This document shows, piece by piece, positions 56,471-64,000 of a stretch of DNA of 64,000 nucleotides. The stretch's first letter is position 1, and the number at the start of each line of letters is the position of its first letter. This DNA is from Planctomycetota bacterium (GTDB lineage: Bacteria > Planctomycetota > JAJSAM01 > JAJVHW01), in NCBI GenBank assembly GCA_022072415.1, contig JAJVHW010000006.1, positions 4,958 through 68,957 on the forward strand, given 5' to 3'. Under the pieces are notes generated by a model that worked only from the letters and a program-made list of their open reading frames with translations, was not told where the DNA came from and searched no databases. Both the position numbers and the translations under genes were made by a program.

Positions 56471-57679
56471 GTGTTCGACCGCTTCTTCCTCTCGCTCCGC
56501 GACGCGAAGGTGCCCGTGTCGCTCCGCGAGTACCTGACGCTGCTCGAAGCCGTCGAGCGGGGCTGCGCGGACTTCGACGTCGAGCGCTTCTACGAGCTCG
56601 CGCGCACGACGCTCGTGAAGGACGAGCGACACTACGACCGGTTCGACCGGGTGTTCGCCGCGCACTTCGGGAACCTCGGAGAGGGCGCAGGACTCGATCC
56701 GTCCGGAGTGCCCGCCGGGTGGCTGGAGGCGCTCGCGCGGCGGGTGCTCTCCGAGGAGGAGAAGGCGCTCGTCAAGTCGCTCGGGGGCTTCGAGAAGCTG
56801 ATGGAGGAGCTACGGAAGCGGCTCCTCGAGCAGAAGGACGTCCACCGCGGCGGCTCGAAGTGGATCGGCACGGGCGGCACGTCGCCCTTCGGCGCGATGG
56901 GGTACCACCCCGAGGGCGTCCGCATCGGCCCCGTCTCGGCCGGGAACCGCACGGCGGTCAAGGTGTGGGACCGCCGCGAGTTCAGGGACTACGACGACGA
57001 CGCGGAGGTCGGCGTCCGCACGTTCCAGATGGCGCTCCGGCGTCTCCGGCGCTTCACGCGCGAGGGGCGCCCCGACGTGTTCGACGTGGACGGCACCATC
57101 GACGCGACCGCCCGGAACGCGGGGCTCCTCGACGCGCAGTTCGTCCCGGAGCGGCGGAACCGGCCGAAGGTGCTGCTCCTCCTCGACGTCGGCGGGTCGA
57201 TGGACGACCACGTCGAGACCGTCACGCAGCTCTTCAGCGCCGCGCGCGCGGAGTTCACGCGGCTCGTGCCGTTCCAGTTCCACAACTGCGTGTACGAGAC
57301 GCTCTGGCGCACGTCGGGGCCGCGCGAGTCGCGGACCGCGGCGACCGCCGAGGTGCTCCGCACCTACGGGAAGGACCACGGGCTGGTGGTGGTCGGCGAC
57401 GCCGCGATGAGCCCGTACGAGCTCGACGCGCCGGGCGGCGCGATCCACCACTGGAACGACGAGACCGGCGCCGCGTGGCTCGAGCGGCTCGTCGCCCATT
57501 ACCCGCGGGCCGCGTGGATCAACCCGATGCCGGAGGCGCGATGGCGCGCCTTCGAGACCGTCGGCCGCGTGAAGGGGATCTTCGGGAACCGCATGTTCCC
57601 GCTGACCGTCGGCGGGATCGAGCAGGCGATGCGGCGCCTCGCGCGCGCGACGCCGGCGCCTCCGCCGCGGGCGGCCTGA
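56471..57679 (+). CDS. VWA-domain (CoxE-like) partner of MoxR
   Basis: LVKDE..YDRFD, GGSKWIGTGGTSPFG, MIDAS LLLDVGGSM, VGDAAMSPYE, WINP. Confidence 0.92.
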   Translation: MFDRFFLSLRDAKVPVSLREYLTLLEAVERGCADFDVERFYELARTTLVKDERHYDRFDRVFAAHFGNLGEGAGLDPSGVPAGWLEALARRVLSEEEKALVKSLGGFEKLMEELRKRLLEQKDVHRGGSKWIGTGGTSPFGAMGYHPEGVRIGPVSAGNRTAVKVWDRREFRDYDDDAEVGVRTFQMALRRLRRFTREGRPDVFDVDGTIDATARNAGLLDAQFVPERRNRPKVLLLLDVGGSMDDHVETVTQLFSAARAEFTRLVPFQFHNCVYETLWRTSGPRESRTAATAEVLRTYGKDHGLVVVGDAAMSPYELDAPGGAIHHWNDETGAAWLERLVAHYPRAAWINPMPEARWRAFETVGRVKGIFGNRMFPLTVGGIEQAMRRLARATPAPPPRAA

Positions 57680-58891
57680 TCACCGGTCGGTGGAGAGCTC
57701 GCCGGTGGGGACCGCGCGGAAGCCGAGGCAGAGCGAGATTCCGTCCATGGACCCGTTCCCGTCGAGGTCGAGGTCCGCGGCGAGCCCGAGCAGGGCGAGG
57801 ACCCCGGCGTCCACCGTGATGCCCTGCGCTTCCATGAACTGCGTGACGGCGTCGATCGGGAGCCCCATCGCGATGCGGCCCGTGACCGGCGCGTCGGCGC
57901 CGGGATCGACCGTGCCGTCCACCTTCACGATCCCTTCGGCGGGGACGACGAACCCGCCGACCGCGACCGCCGCGCCGGAGAGATCGATCGCGAAGCGGCC
58001 TGCGGAGACCTTCGTGAAGGAGCGCGGCGTCGGGCGTCCGTCGCCCGCGAGGACGGACGTGACCGCGAACGGCTCCGTGCCGCTGAAGTTGTCGGACGGC
58101 TCCCCGTCGCGGTCCTCTCCGGCGGACAGCGACGCGAACGCGAGCGCGTCCTTCTTGAGGGCGTGCACGCCCCAGAGCCAGAGGAGTGCGACCTCCTCCG
58201 CGGTCCCCAGCGTCTCGTTCGCGAGCGCCGCCGGATCGACCCCGGCGAGCCCCGCGAGGCCCTGGAGCGCGTTGTCCCCGTCGCGGTCGCCGTCGAGGTC
58301 GGGCGACTGCGCCGCGGGAACGGAGAAGAACTCCGAGACGACCCAGACGGAGTCGTTCCCGTCGTCCCAGGGCGTGAAGCCCTTCGCCGCCGAGAAGCCG
58401 TCCGAGATCAGCGTGAGCGCGCCCGAGAGCGTCGCGGGGTCGGGCGCCGCCTTCCGCAGCGGCGCGAGCGCGGCGTCCGTCCCGTCGCGCGCCTTCTGGA
58501 TCTTCCTCCGGGCGGACTCGGGCAGGTGGAGCGCGCCGAGCGCGCCGTCGAGCGCCTCGAGAGACACCACGAGGTCCCGGTGGTAGGAGGCGCGCGCCTG
58601 GTCGTGCGCGTCGCGGAGCGCCAGTTCGATCTCCGTTCCGGCGAGCGCGGTCTCGAGGATCTTCGCCGACTTCGAGACGGCCTTCACCTCGTTCGCGATG
58701 GACCGTTCGTTGGAGTGCTTCCCGAGCGCGGCGTCCATGCGGTCGAGGGCGCGGATCTCCGCGCCGGTCGCGCCGGAACGGGCGGCCGTCACCGCGTCCT
58801 CGACCCCCTCGACGTACGTCGAGACCCCGTGCGCGGCGGCGGCGCCGGCAAGGACGAGGGTGAAGACGGCTGCGGCGGACTTCCTCGGCAT
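57680..58891 (-). CDS. Secreted hypothetical protein with DxDxD Ca-binding-like loops
   Basis: Signal peptide, DLDGDRDGDN, DLDLDGNG; GGAGG RBS. Confidence 0.75.
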   Translation of the reverse strand: MPRKSAAAVFTLVLAGAAAAHGVSTYVEGVEDAVTAARSGATGAEIRALDRMDAALGKHSNERSIANEVKAVSKSAKILETALAGTEIELALRDAHDQARASYHRDLVVSLEALDGALGALHLPESARRKIQKARDGTDAALAPLRKAAPDPATLSGALTLISDGFSAAKGFTPWDDGNDSVWVVSEFFSVPAAQSPDLDGDRDGDNALQGLAGLAGVDPAALANETLGTAEEVALLWLWGVHALKKDALAFASLSAGEDRDGEPSDNFSGTEPFAVTSVLAGDGRPTPRSFTKVSAGRFAIDLSGAAVAVGGFVVPAEGIVKVDGTVDPGADAPVTGRIAMGLPIDAVTQFMEAQGITVDAGVLALLGLAADLDLDGNGSMDGISLCLGFRAVPTGELSTDR

Positions 58892-58937
58892 GATGTCGAT
58901 CCTCCGCGGGGACTGCGGGGCCCCGCAGACGGAGAGC

Positions 58938-59720
58938 CTACTCCAGCGCGGCCAGTCGTGCGACGAGTCGCGCCCATCCGGCCCGCACGATCACGTCCCG
59001 GGCCGACTGCGCGCGGGCGCCCGTGAGGGCGCGTCGCCACCCGATCATGTCCACGTGGTCGGCCTCCCACACCTCGGCCCCGGGCCACCGCGACGCGGAG
59101 CGCACGGTGACGAGTCCGTCGTTCGGGCCCTCCGTGTCCGCGAGGTGCTGCGCCGGGACGCGGAGAAGCGGGTGGACGCGCGCCGGGTCGACGGCCCCCG
59201 CCACCGCCATGTAGACGACGCCGGGCACGTCCGGAGTCGCGTCGTCGAACGCCCGGCAGGCCGCCGTCGCGAGGTCCCCGATGCCCGCCAGCGCGGATGC
59301 GGCGTCGCCGAGGGCCCACCGCCGTCCCCGGTCCCCCACCCTGCCGACAATCTCGTCCGCGATCGCGCTCCCGAGGTGCGGCGTGCCGAGGGTCGTCAGG
59401 GAGAGCACGCGCTCGTCCATCCCCATGTGCGTGATCATCTGCCGCGCGTCGAGCCCGCCCATGCTGTGGGCGACGACGTGCGCCTTCCCGCGTCCGGCCG
59501 CCGCGCGCACGGCGTCGCGGAGCGCGGCGGCGCGCCGCACGATCGACCCGGCCGGCGGCACGGCGGGAGTGTGGACCTCGGTGCCCGACTTCCGCAGCCG
59601 CTCCGGAATGCCGCGGAAGTAGCTCGCGAGCTCGATCCCCGCGACGACGAGCTGCGAGAACCCGAGCAGCCCGTGCGCGAGCACGACGGGGTGCCGGAGC
59701 TTCGGGAGCGACCCGCTCAT
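58938..59720 (-). CDS. Triacylglycerol lipase/esterase (family I-like)
   Basis: PVVLAHGLLG, AHSMGGLDAR, TPHLGS, NDGLV, ADH; ATGA-coupled to the kinase. Confidence 0.92.
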   Translation of the reverse strand: MSGSLPKLRHPVVLAHGLLGFSQLVVAGIELASYFRGIPERLRKSGTEVHTPAVPPAGSIVRRAAALRDAVRAAAGRGKAHVVAHSMGGLDARQMITHMGMDERVLSLTTLGTPHLGSAIADEIVGRVGDRGRRWALGDAASALAGIGDLATAACRAFDDATPDVPGVVYMAVAGAVDPARVHPLLRVPAQHLADTEGPNDGLVTVRSASRWPGAEVWEADHVDMIGWRRALTGARAQSARDVIVRAGWARLVARLAALE

Positions 59721-61012
59721 GCGTGGCGCCGCGCGCGGAGCGTGGATTCCACGACGTCCGCCGACACCGGGCCCGCGAGCGCGGCCAGCGCGCCCGCGTC
59801 GCGGAGACGGTCCTCCGGATCCGGAGCGATCAGCGCGGCGCACACCGGACGGAAGTCGGGCGGGACGGCCTCGAGCGGCGACGGGCCGTCGCCCGCTCCC
59901 GCCGTGCCGAACCGGCGCTTCGCGAGCACGAGCGCGCCGATCTCCTCCTGCGGGAACGGCGTCTCGCCCGTGAACATCTCGATCATGGTGCAGCCGAACG
60001 CATAGAGGTCCGCGCTCGCGGACGGCGGCGCGCCGAGGAAGAGCTCCGGGGCCATGTACCGGGGCGTCCCGCAGATCCGCACCTGCGACGCCGCCGCGTC
60101 GGGGGGCGAGTCGACGGACCGCGCGATCCCGAAGTCGGTGAGGCGCGCGTCGCCGCTCCTCGCGAGCATCACGTTCGACGGCTTCACGTCGCAGTGGACG
60201 ACTCCCTTCGCGTGGACGAAGGACAGCGCGCCCGCCACGGCGCCCGCGACTCCGCGCGCGTCGCGGACCGGGAGCGGCCCGGAGAGCGTGATCGCGTCCC
60301 AGAGCGACGGGCCGTCGAGGAACTCCATCACGAGGAACTTCGTGCCGTACGCGTCGAAGCTCCCGTGGCACGTCGCGACGCCCGGATGCGCGAGGTCGAG
60401 CAGCATCCGCGACTCGCGCTCGAAGAGGTCCATCGCAGCGCGGTCGCGCGAGAACCGGTGGGAGAGCATCTTCAGCGCCACGGTGCGCCCGTCGTCGAGC
60501 CGCACGGCCTCGTACACCACCGCCGTGGCGCCGCGCCCCGCCGGGCGGACGACGCGGAAGCCGCCGAGCACCTTGTCCGCGAGCCCGTCGGCGACGGACT
60601 TCCCGAGCCGCTGCGCCGTCAGCTCCGTGAGGATGCCGAGGATTTCCGGCGTCCGCGCCTCGAGCGCGCGGAACGCCGCCACGGAGAGGAACAGCGCCTC
60701 GCCCGGCTCGGTCGCGACCACGTCCGCGTTCCGCGGCGCGCCGGTGAGCAGCGCCATCTCGCCCGCGATGTCGCCCCGCTCCATCTGCGCGAGGATCAGG
60801 TCCGAGCCTTCCTTCCGCCGGAGGCGCACGTCCGCGCGCCCCGACGCGAACAGCCAGAGCCCGTCGGCCGGATGCCCCTGCCGGATCAGCGCATCCCCCG
60901 CCGCGAACCGCCGCGGCTCGCACGCCGCCGCCAGCGCCTCGACGACGCTCCCCGCGAGCGGACGCACGACGTCCACCTCGGAGAGAAGCGCCCGCCGCGC
61001 GCGAAGATCCAT
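59717..61012 (-). CDS. cNMP-binding domain fused to a Hanks-type Ser/Thr kinase
   Basis: GDIAGEMALL...PRNADV; GRGATAVVY, VALK, HCDVKPSN, DFG, GTPRYMAPE. Confidence 0.9.
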   Translation of the reverse strand: MDLRARRALLSEVDVVRPLAGSVVEALAAACEPRRFAAGDALIRQGHPADGLWLFASGRADVRLRRKEGSDLILAQMERGDIAGEMALLTGAPRNADVVATEPGEALFLSVAAFRALEARTPEILGILTELTAQRLGKSVADGLADKVLGGFRVVRPAGRGATAVVYEAVRLDDGRTVALKMLSHRFSRDRAAMDLFERESRMLLDLAHPGVATCHGSFDAYGTKFLVMEFLDGPSLWDAITLSGPLPVRDARGVAGAVAGALSFVHAKGVVHCDVKPSNVMLARSGDARLTDFGIARSVDSPPDAAASQVRICGTPRYMAPELFLGAPPSASADLYAFGCTMIEMFTGETPFPQEEIGALVLAKRRFGTAGAGDGPSPLEAVPPDFRPVCAALIAPDPEDRLRDAGALAALAGPVSADVVESTLRARRHA

Positions 61013-61064
61013 CCGCCGGGGAGGCTACCCCGTCCGCAGGCTCCCGGCCACCTGGCGATCGCGG

Positions 61065-63608
61065 CTACTTCGCGAGGAACCCGGACCCGTCGGTCTCCCA
61101 GCGCGCGTCGAAGAACCCCGCGGCGAGGACGGCGTCGTCGCCCCGGGTCAGCGTCGCGTCGGACCAGACGGTGTAGTCGGGCCATCCGGCGCCGCTGATG
61201 AAGAGGCCGTGGAGGTTCCCCAGGCGGGCGCCGCGCACGCCGGTGTCGCCGAGCACTCCGACGAGCGCGTCGGGGTCGTCGGCGCGGGGGCGGACGAAGA
61301 AGGCGGCGAGGGCGTCGCCGCGGAACGTGCGCTCGGTCCCGCCGCCGACGCGCGCGCTGTCGTCGCGGACGGTGACGGCTCCGCGCGCGACGCGGACCGG
61401 CGACGACGGGCCGACGACCTGCGCCCAGGCCGCGTTCGTGTCGGCGTTGCCGTAGAGGATCAGGTTCCGCCCCGCGAACTCGCGCGGCGCGCCGGTCACG
61501 ACGCCGTCCCACGCGACCGTGACGGCGCCGTTCCCGCGGTACCACCACTGCATCGCGTCGAACCGCGCCCGCGACCACGCCTCGGCGTTCTCCTCGGGCG
61601 TTCCCTGCGTGGGGAGCACGAGGACGAAGCGGCGGTCGAACGCGCGCTTCATCGGCCCGCTCCGCGCGGCGGACTTCTGCGCGGCGGGCGGCGTGCCGCT
61701 CACCTCCAGCCATCCGTCGTCGCCTCGCATGAACCACGCGGGCTCGCGCGATGCGGCGAACTGCCTGCCGTCCACCGCGATCTCGCGGAGCGGCTTCCCG
61801 TCCGGAGACGACACGGCGAGCCACCGCACGTTGTCCGTCGTCACCTCGGCGCGCCGCCGCGAGGGGTCGAACGCCGCGCGCACCGTCGCGGGCGAGCCGT
61901 AGCGCACGACCTGCTCCACGCGGAGCCAGTGGTGGCGGCTGTCCATCGCGGGATCGAAGATCATCCACTCGAGCGACAGGGGCGCGGGGCCCGGCGTGAC
62001 CGAGCGGAAGTGGTCGAACGCGGACTCGAGGTTCACGCAGTCGGCGCCCGGAGTGGACGGGTCGTCCCACCAGTGCCCGCCGCCCTCCTGCCACACCGTC
62101 ACCGGAGGCGCGCCCGCCGCCGTGAGCGCGTCGACCATGCGGTCGGCCTGCGACTTCGGCACGTTGTCGTCCGCCGTCCCGTGGATGACGAACACGGGCG
62201 CCTGCACGAGGTTCCGGATCATCGAGAGCGTGTCGGAACCCCCGTCGCCGCCGAACCACCACTTCGACAGCGCCGTGCGCGGCCGCGGGTTCCCGTAGCC
62301 GTCGAACGACTCCCATCCGGCGCTCGGCACCGCCGTGAGGAACCGGTCGGGATCGTGCGCGAGGAAGTGCCACGTGCCGTGGCCTCCCATCGAATGCCCG
62401 GTCAGGTGGACGCGCCGCGGGTCGATCCCGGTCACGCGGAGCGCATCGGCGAGCGTCTCGTAGCCGTCGGCGCGGCCCCAGTCCTGCCAGTCGAACCCGA
62501 ACGGGCGGCGGTTGGTCGGGCACGCGACCGCGAAGTCGGGCCGCGCGGAGTACGACCGGGCCTGCCCGAGGCAGTCCACTCCGGCGCCGTGGAGCGACAG
62601 CACGAGCGAAGGCGGCCCCTTCGCCGCGAGGCGCTCGTCCACGGGGAGCAGCGCCCACTCCTGCACCGATCCGTCGATGTCGGAGCGCCGCGTGACGCGC
62701 CGCGCGCCGCTCGCGGCTCGCACGTCGAGCTGGATCGGATGGCGCGCGGCGACGGCGCCGTCCACCGTGAGCACGAGAGGGACGGAGATGCGGTCGGTCG
62801 CCGCGTCGGCCGCGGGGGCGCGGATGCGGACGCGGCGCTTCGTCTGCGCGAGCGGCGGCAGCGTGAACGGATCCGAGTTCTCGCCCCCGCTCTCGCCCGC
62901 GACGGCGAGCCGCACGTTCGCGACGGTCTTCGCCGAGACGTTCCGCACGACGACCGACGCCCAGCCTTCGAGCGGCTCGCCGCGCACGGCGTCCGGGCAC
63001 GTCACGTCCTCCGCGCCGATCTCCACTCCCTCGGCGCAGGGCGTCACGGAGAAGAGCACCTTCCCGCGGAGCCCGGAGAGGTACACGCGGTTCACGCCGG
63101 CGCGGAGGAGGACCGGGAAGCCGCCCGTGCCGAGCCCGTACACGTCGCCGGGGCGCGCGTCGCCGTTCACCCACACGGTGGCCGCCCCGCGGACGTCCAT
63201 CCGCGCGAGCTGGTCCGCTGGCGATCGGATCTCCGCACACGCCCATCGCTTGCCGGTGGGCGAGAACATGCCCGTCGCGTCCGCGGACATCTCCTCCCAC
63301 GCGACGGGGGTCCCCGTCTCGCCGGTGACCGTCTCCCCCGCCGCGGGCGGGGCCGCGTCGCGCGCGTGCAGGTGCCTGGCGAACACGACATCGGTGCGGA
63401 TCGGGCGGCGCGGCGCGGTCTCCGGGTCCGGGAGGACGAGCCACTTCGAGGGGACGAGCGACGGAGCCGCGTCCGCGGCGGCCTTCGACCCGGGAGGAGG
63501 CGGAGGCGGCGGCGGATCGCCCCCGTCCTGCGCGCGGAGAACCGCGCACGGGAGAGCGAGGAGGACGAGCGCGGCGGACGCGCGCCGCGTGCGGTCACTT
63601 CGGTGCAT
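61065..63608 (-). CDS. Secreted S9/prolyl-oligopeptidase-like alpha/beta hydrolase
   Basis: Signal peptide, LSLHGAG, TGHSMGGHG, IHGTADDNVP, GGGHWW. Confidence 0.85.
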   Translation of the reverse strand: MHRSDRTRRASAALVLLALPCAVLRAQDGGDPPPPPPPPGSKAAADAAPSLVPSKWLVLPDPETAPRRPIRTDVVFARHLHARDAAPPAAGETVTGETGTPVAWEEMSADATGMFSPTGKRWACAEIRSPADQLARMDVRGAATVWVNGDARPGDVYGLGTGGFPVLLRAGVNRVYLSGLRGKVLFSVTPCAEGVEIGAEDVTCPDAVRGEPLEGWASVVVRNVSAKTVANVRLAVAGESGGENSDPFTLPPLAQTKRRVRIRAPAADAATDRISVPLVLTVDGAVAARHPIQLDVRAASGARRVTRRSDIDGSVQEWALLPVDERLAAKGPPSLVLSLHGAGVDCLGQARSYSARPDFAVACPTNRRPFGFDWQDWGRADGYETLADALRVTGIDPRRVHLTGHSMGGHGTWHFLAHDPDRFLTAVPSAGWESFDGYGNPRPRTALSKWWFGGDGGSDTLSMIRNLVQAPVFVIHGTADDNVPKSQADRMVDALTAAGAPPVTVWQEGGGHWWDDPSTPGADCVNLESAFDHFRSVTPGPAPLSLEWMIFDPAMDSRHHWLRVEQVVRYGSPATVRAAFDPSRRRAEVTTDNVRWLAVSSPDGKPLREIAVDGRQFAASREPAWFMRGDDGWLEVSGTPPAAQKSAARSGPMKRAFDRRFVLVLPTQGTPEENAEAWSRARFDAMQWWYRGNGAVTVAWDGVVTGAPREFAGRNLILYGNADTNAAWAQVVGPSSPVRVARGAVTVRDDSARVGGGTERTFRGDALAAFFVRPRADDPDALVGVLGDTGVRGARLGNLHGLFISGAGWPDYTVWSDATLTRGDDAVLAAGFFDARWETDGSGFLAK

Positions 63609-64000
63609 CGGTCTTCTCCCCGTCCGGCGCGGCGAGCGCCGCGGACGCGCCGCGAAGCGCCTCCTCCACGGCCGCCGCCTTGAACCTCGGTCCCGAGAAG
63701 CTCGTCTCGAGGACGAACCGCCCTGCGCGCACGGTCCACACTTCGGTCGCCGGCGCATTCTCCGGAACGCGCCGCGCGCGGTGGCCCGGAAGCCCCGCGG
63801 CGCCGTCGGCGTACGTCGCCGCGACGGCTCCCGGAGCACGGTCGCGCGCCTCCGAGAGCCTGCGTTCGAGCGCGACGAACGCCGCGGCCGACTCCTCGTC
63901 GTCGAACGCGAGCACGCCCGCGACCACGAACCCATGCCGCTCGGACCACGTGCGCGCGGCCGTGTCCGCGATGCGGTCGAGGCACGGGTCGTCGGCCGCG
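63595..64000 (-). CDS. Hypothetical protein, 5' end outside the window
   Basis: Frame open to the window edge; its stop overlaps the start of the next gene. Confidence 0.6.
   Translation of the reverse strand, partial: AADDPCLDRIADTAARTWSERHGFVVAGVLAFDDEESAAAFVALERRLSEARDRAPGAVAATYADGAAGLPGHRARRVPENAPATEVWTVRAGRFVLETSFSGPRFKAAAVEEALRGASAALAAPDGEKTDAPK

Noticed and set aside
55..63985. Many long overlapping ORFs rich in R/A/P/G (e.g. 55-2547, 21186-23753, 34560-38105, 60054-63683)
   Set aside because: Shadow frames of GC-rich genes with no motifs; they overlap well-supported CDSs.

Overview
This is a very GC-rich (roughly 70-75% by eye) bacterial chromosomal window, probably Planctomycetota (inferred from CRTAC1/ASPIC-UnbV, DUF1570, HEAT-repeat and FG-GAP proteins). 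It holds about 55 real genes, and most long ORFs in the supplied track are GC-rich shadow frames. Housekeeping genes include recQ, kynA, dinB, ychF and a cyclophilin. An LPS/glycan cluster (25.1-41.2 kb) carries GT4/GT2 transferases, three Kdo/WaaP-type kinase genes, a sulfotransferase and an MsbA-like exporter with an extra extracytoplasmic domain. A low-GC accessory island (12.9-18.4 kb) contains three co-oriented IS481-like right ends, each followed by a different orphan gene, plus Rhs and integrase fragments. Strongest hidden signals: (1) a secreted thioredoxin-fold selenoprotein (UxxC) split into two ORFs at 33336, with a SECIS matching E. coli fdhF geometry and a sigma54-type promoter; (2) a XerD-like recombinase lacking both catalytic histidines and fused to a cupin, back-to-back with a KamA-MoxR-VWA operon; (3) an ECF sigma whose zinc anti-sigma is fused to a CRTAC1 propeller; (4) two 235-bp structured MITEs with covarying stems around a fixed-length variable 34-nt segment; (5) repeated leaderless-type promoters. 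No rRNA, tRNA or CRISPR array was seen. All family assignments come from motifs read by eye, with no database search.
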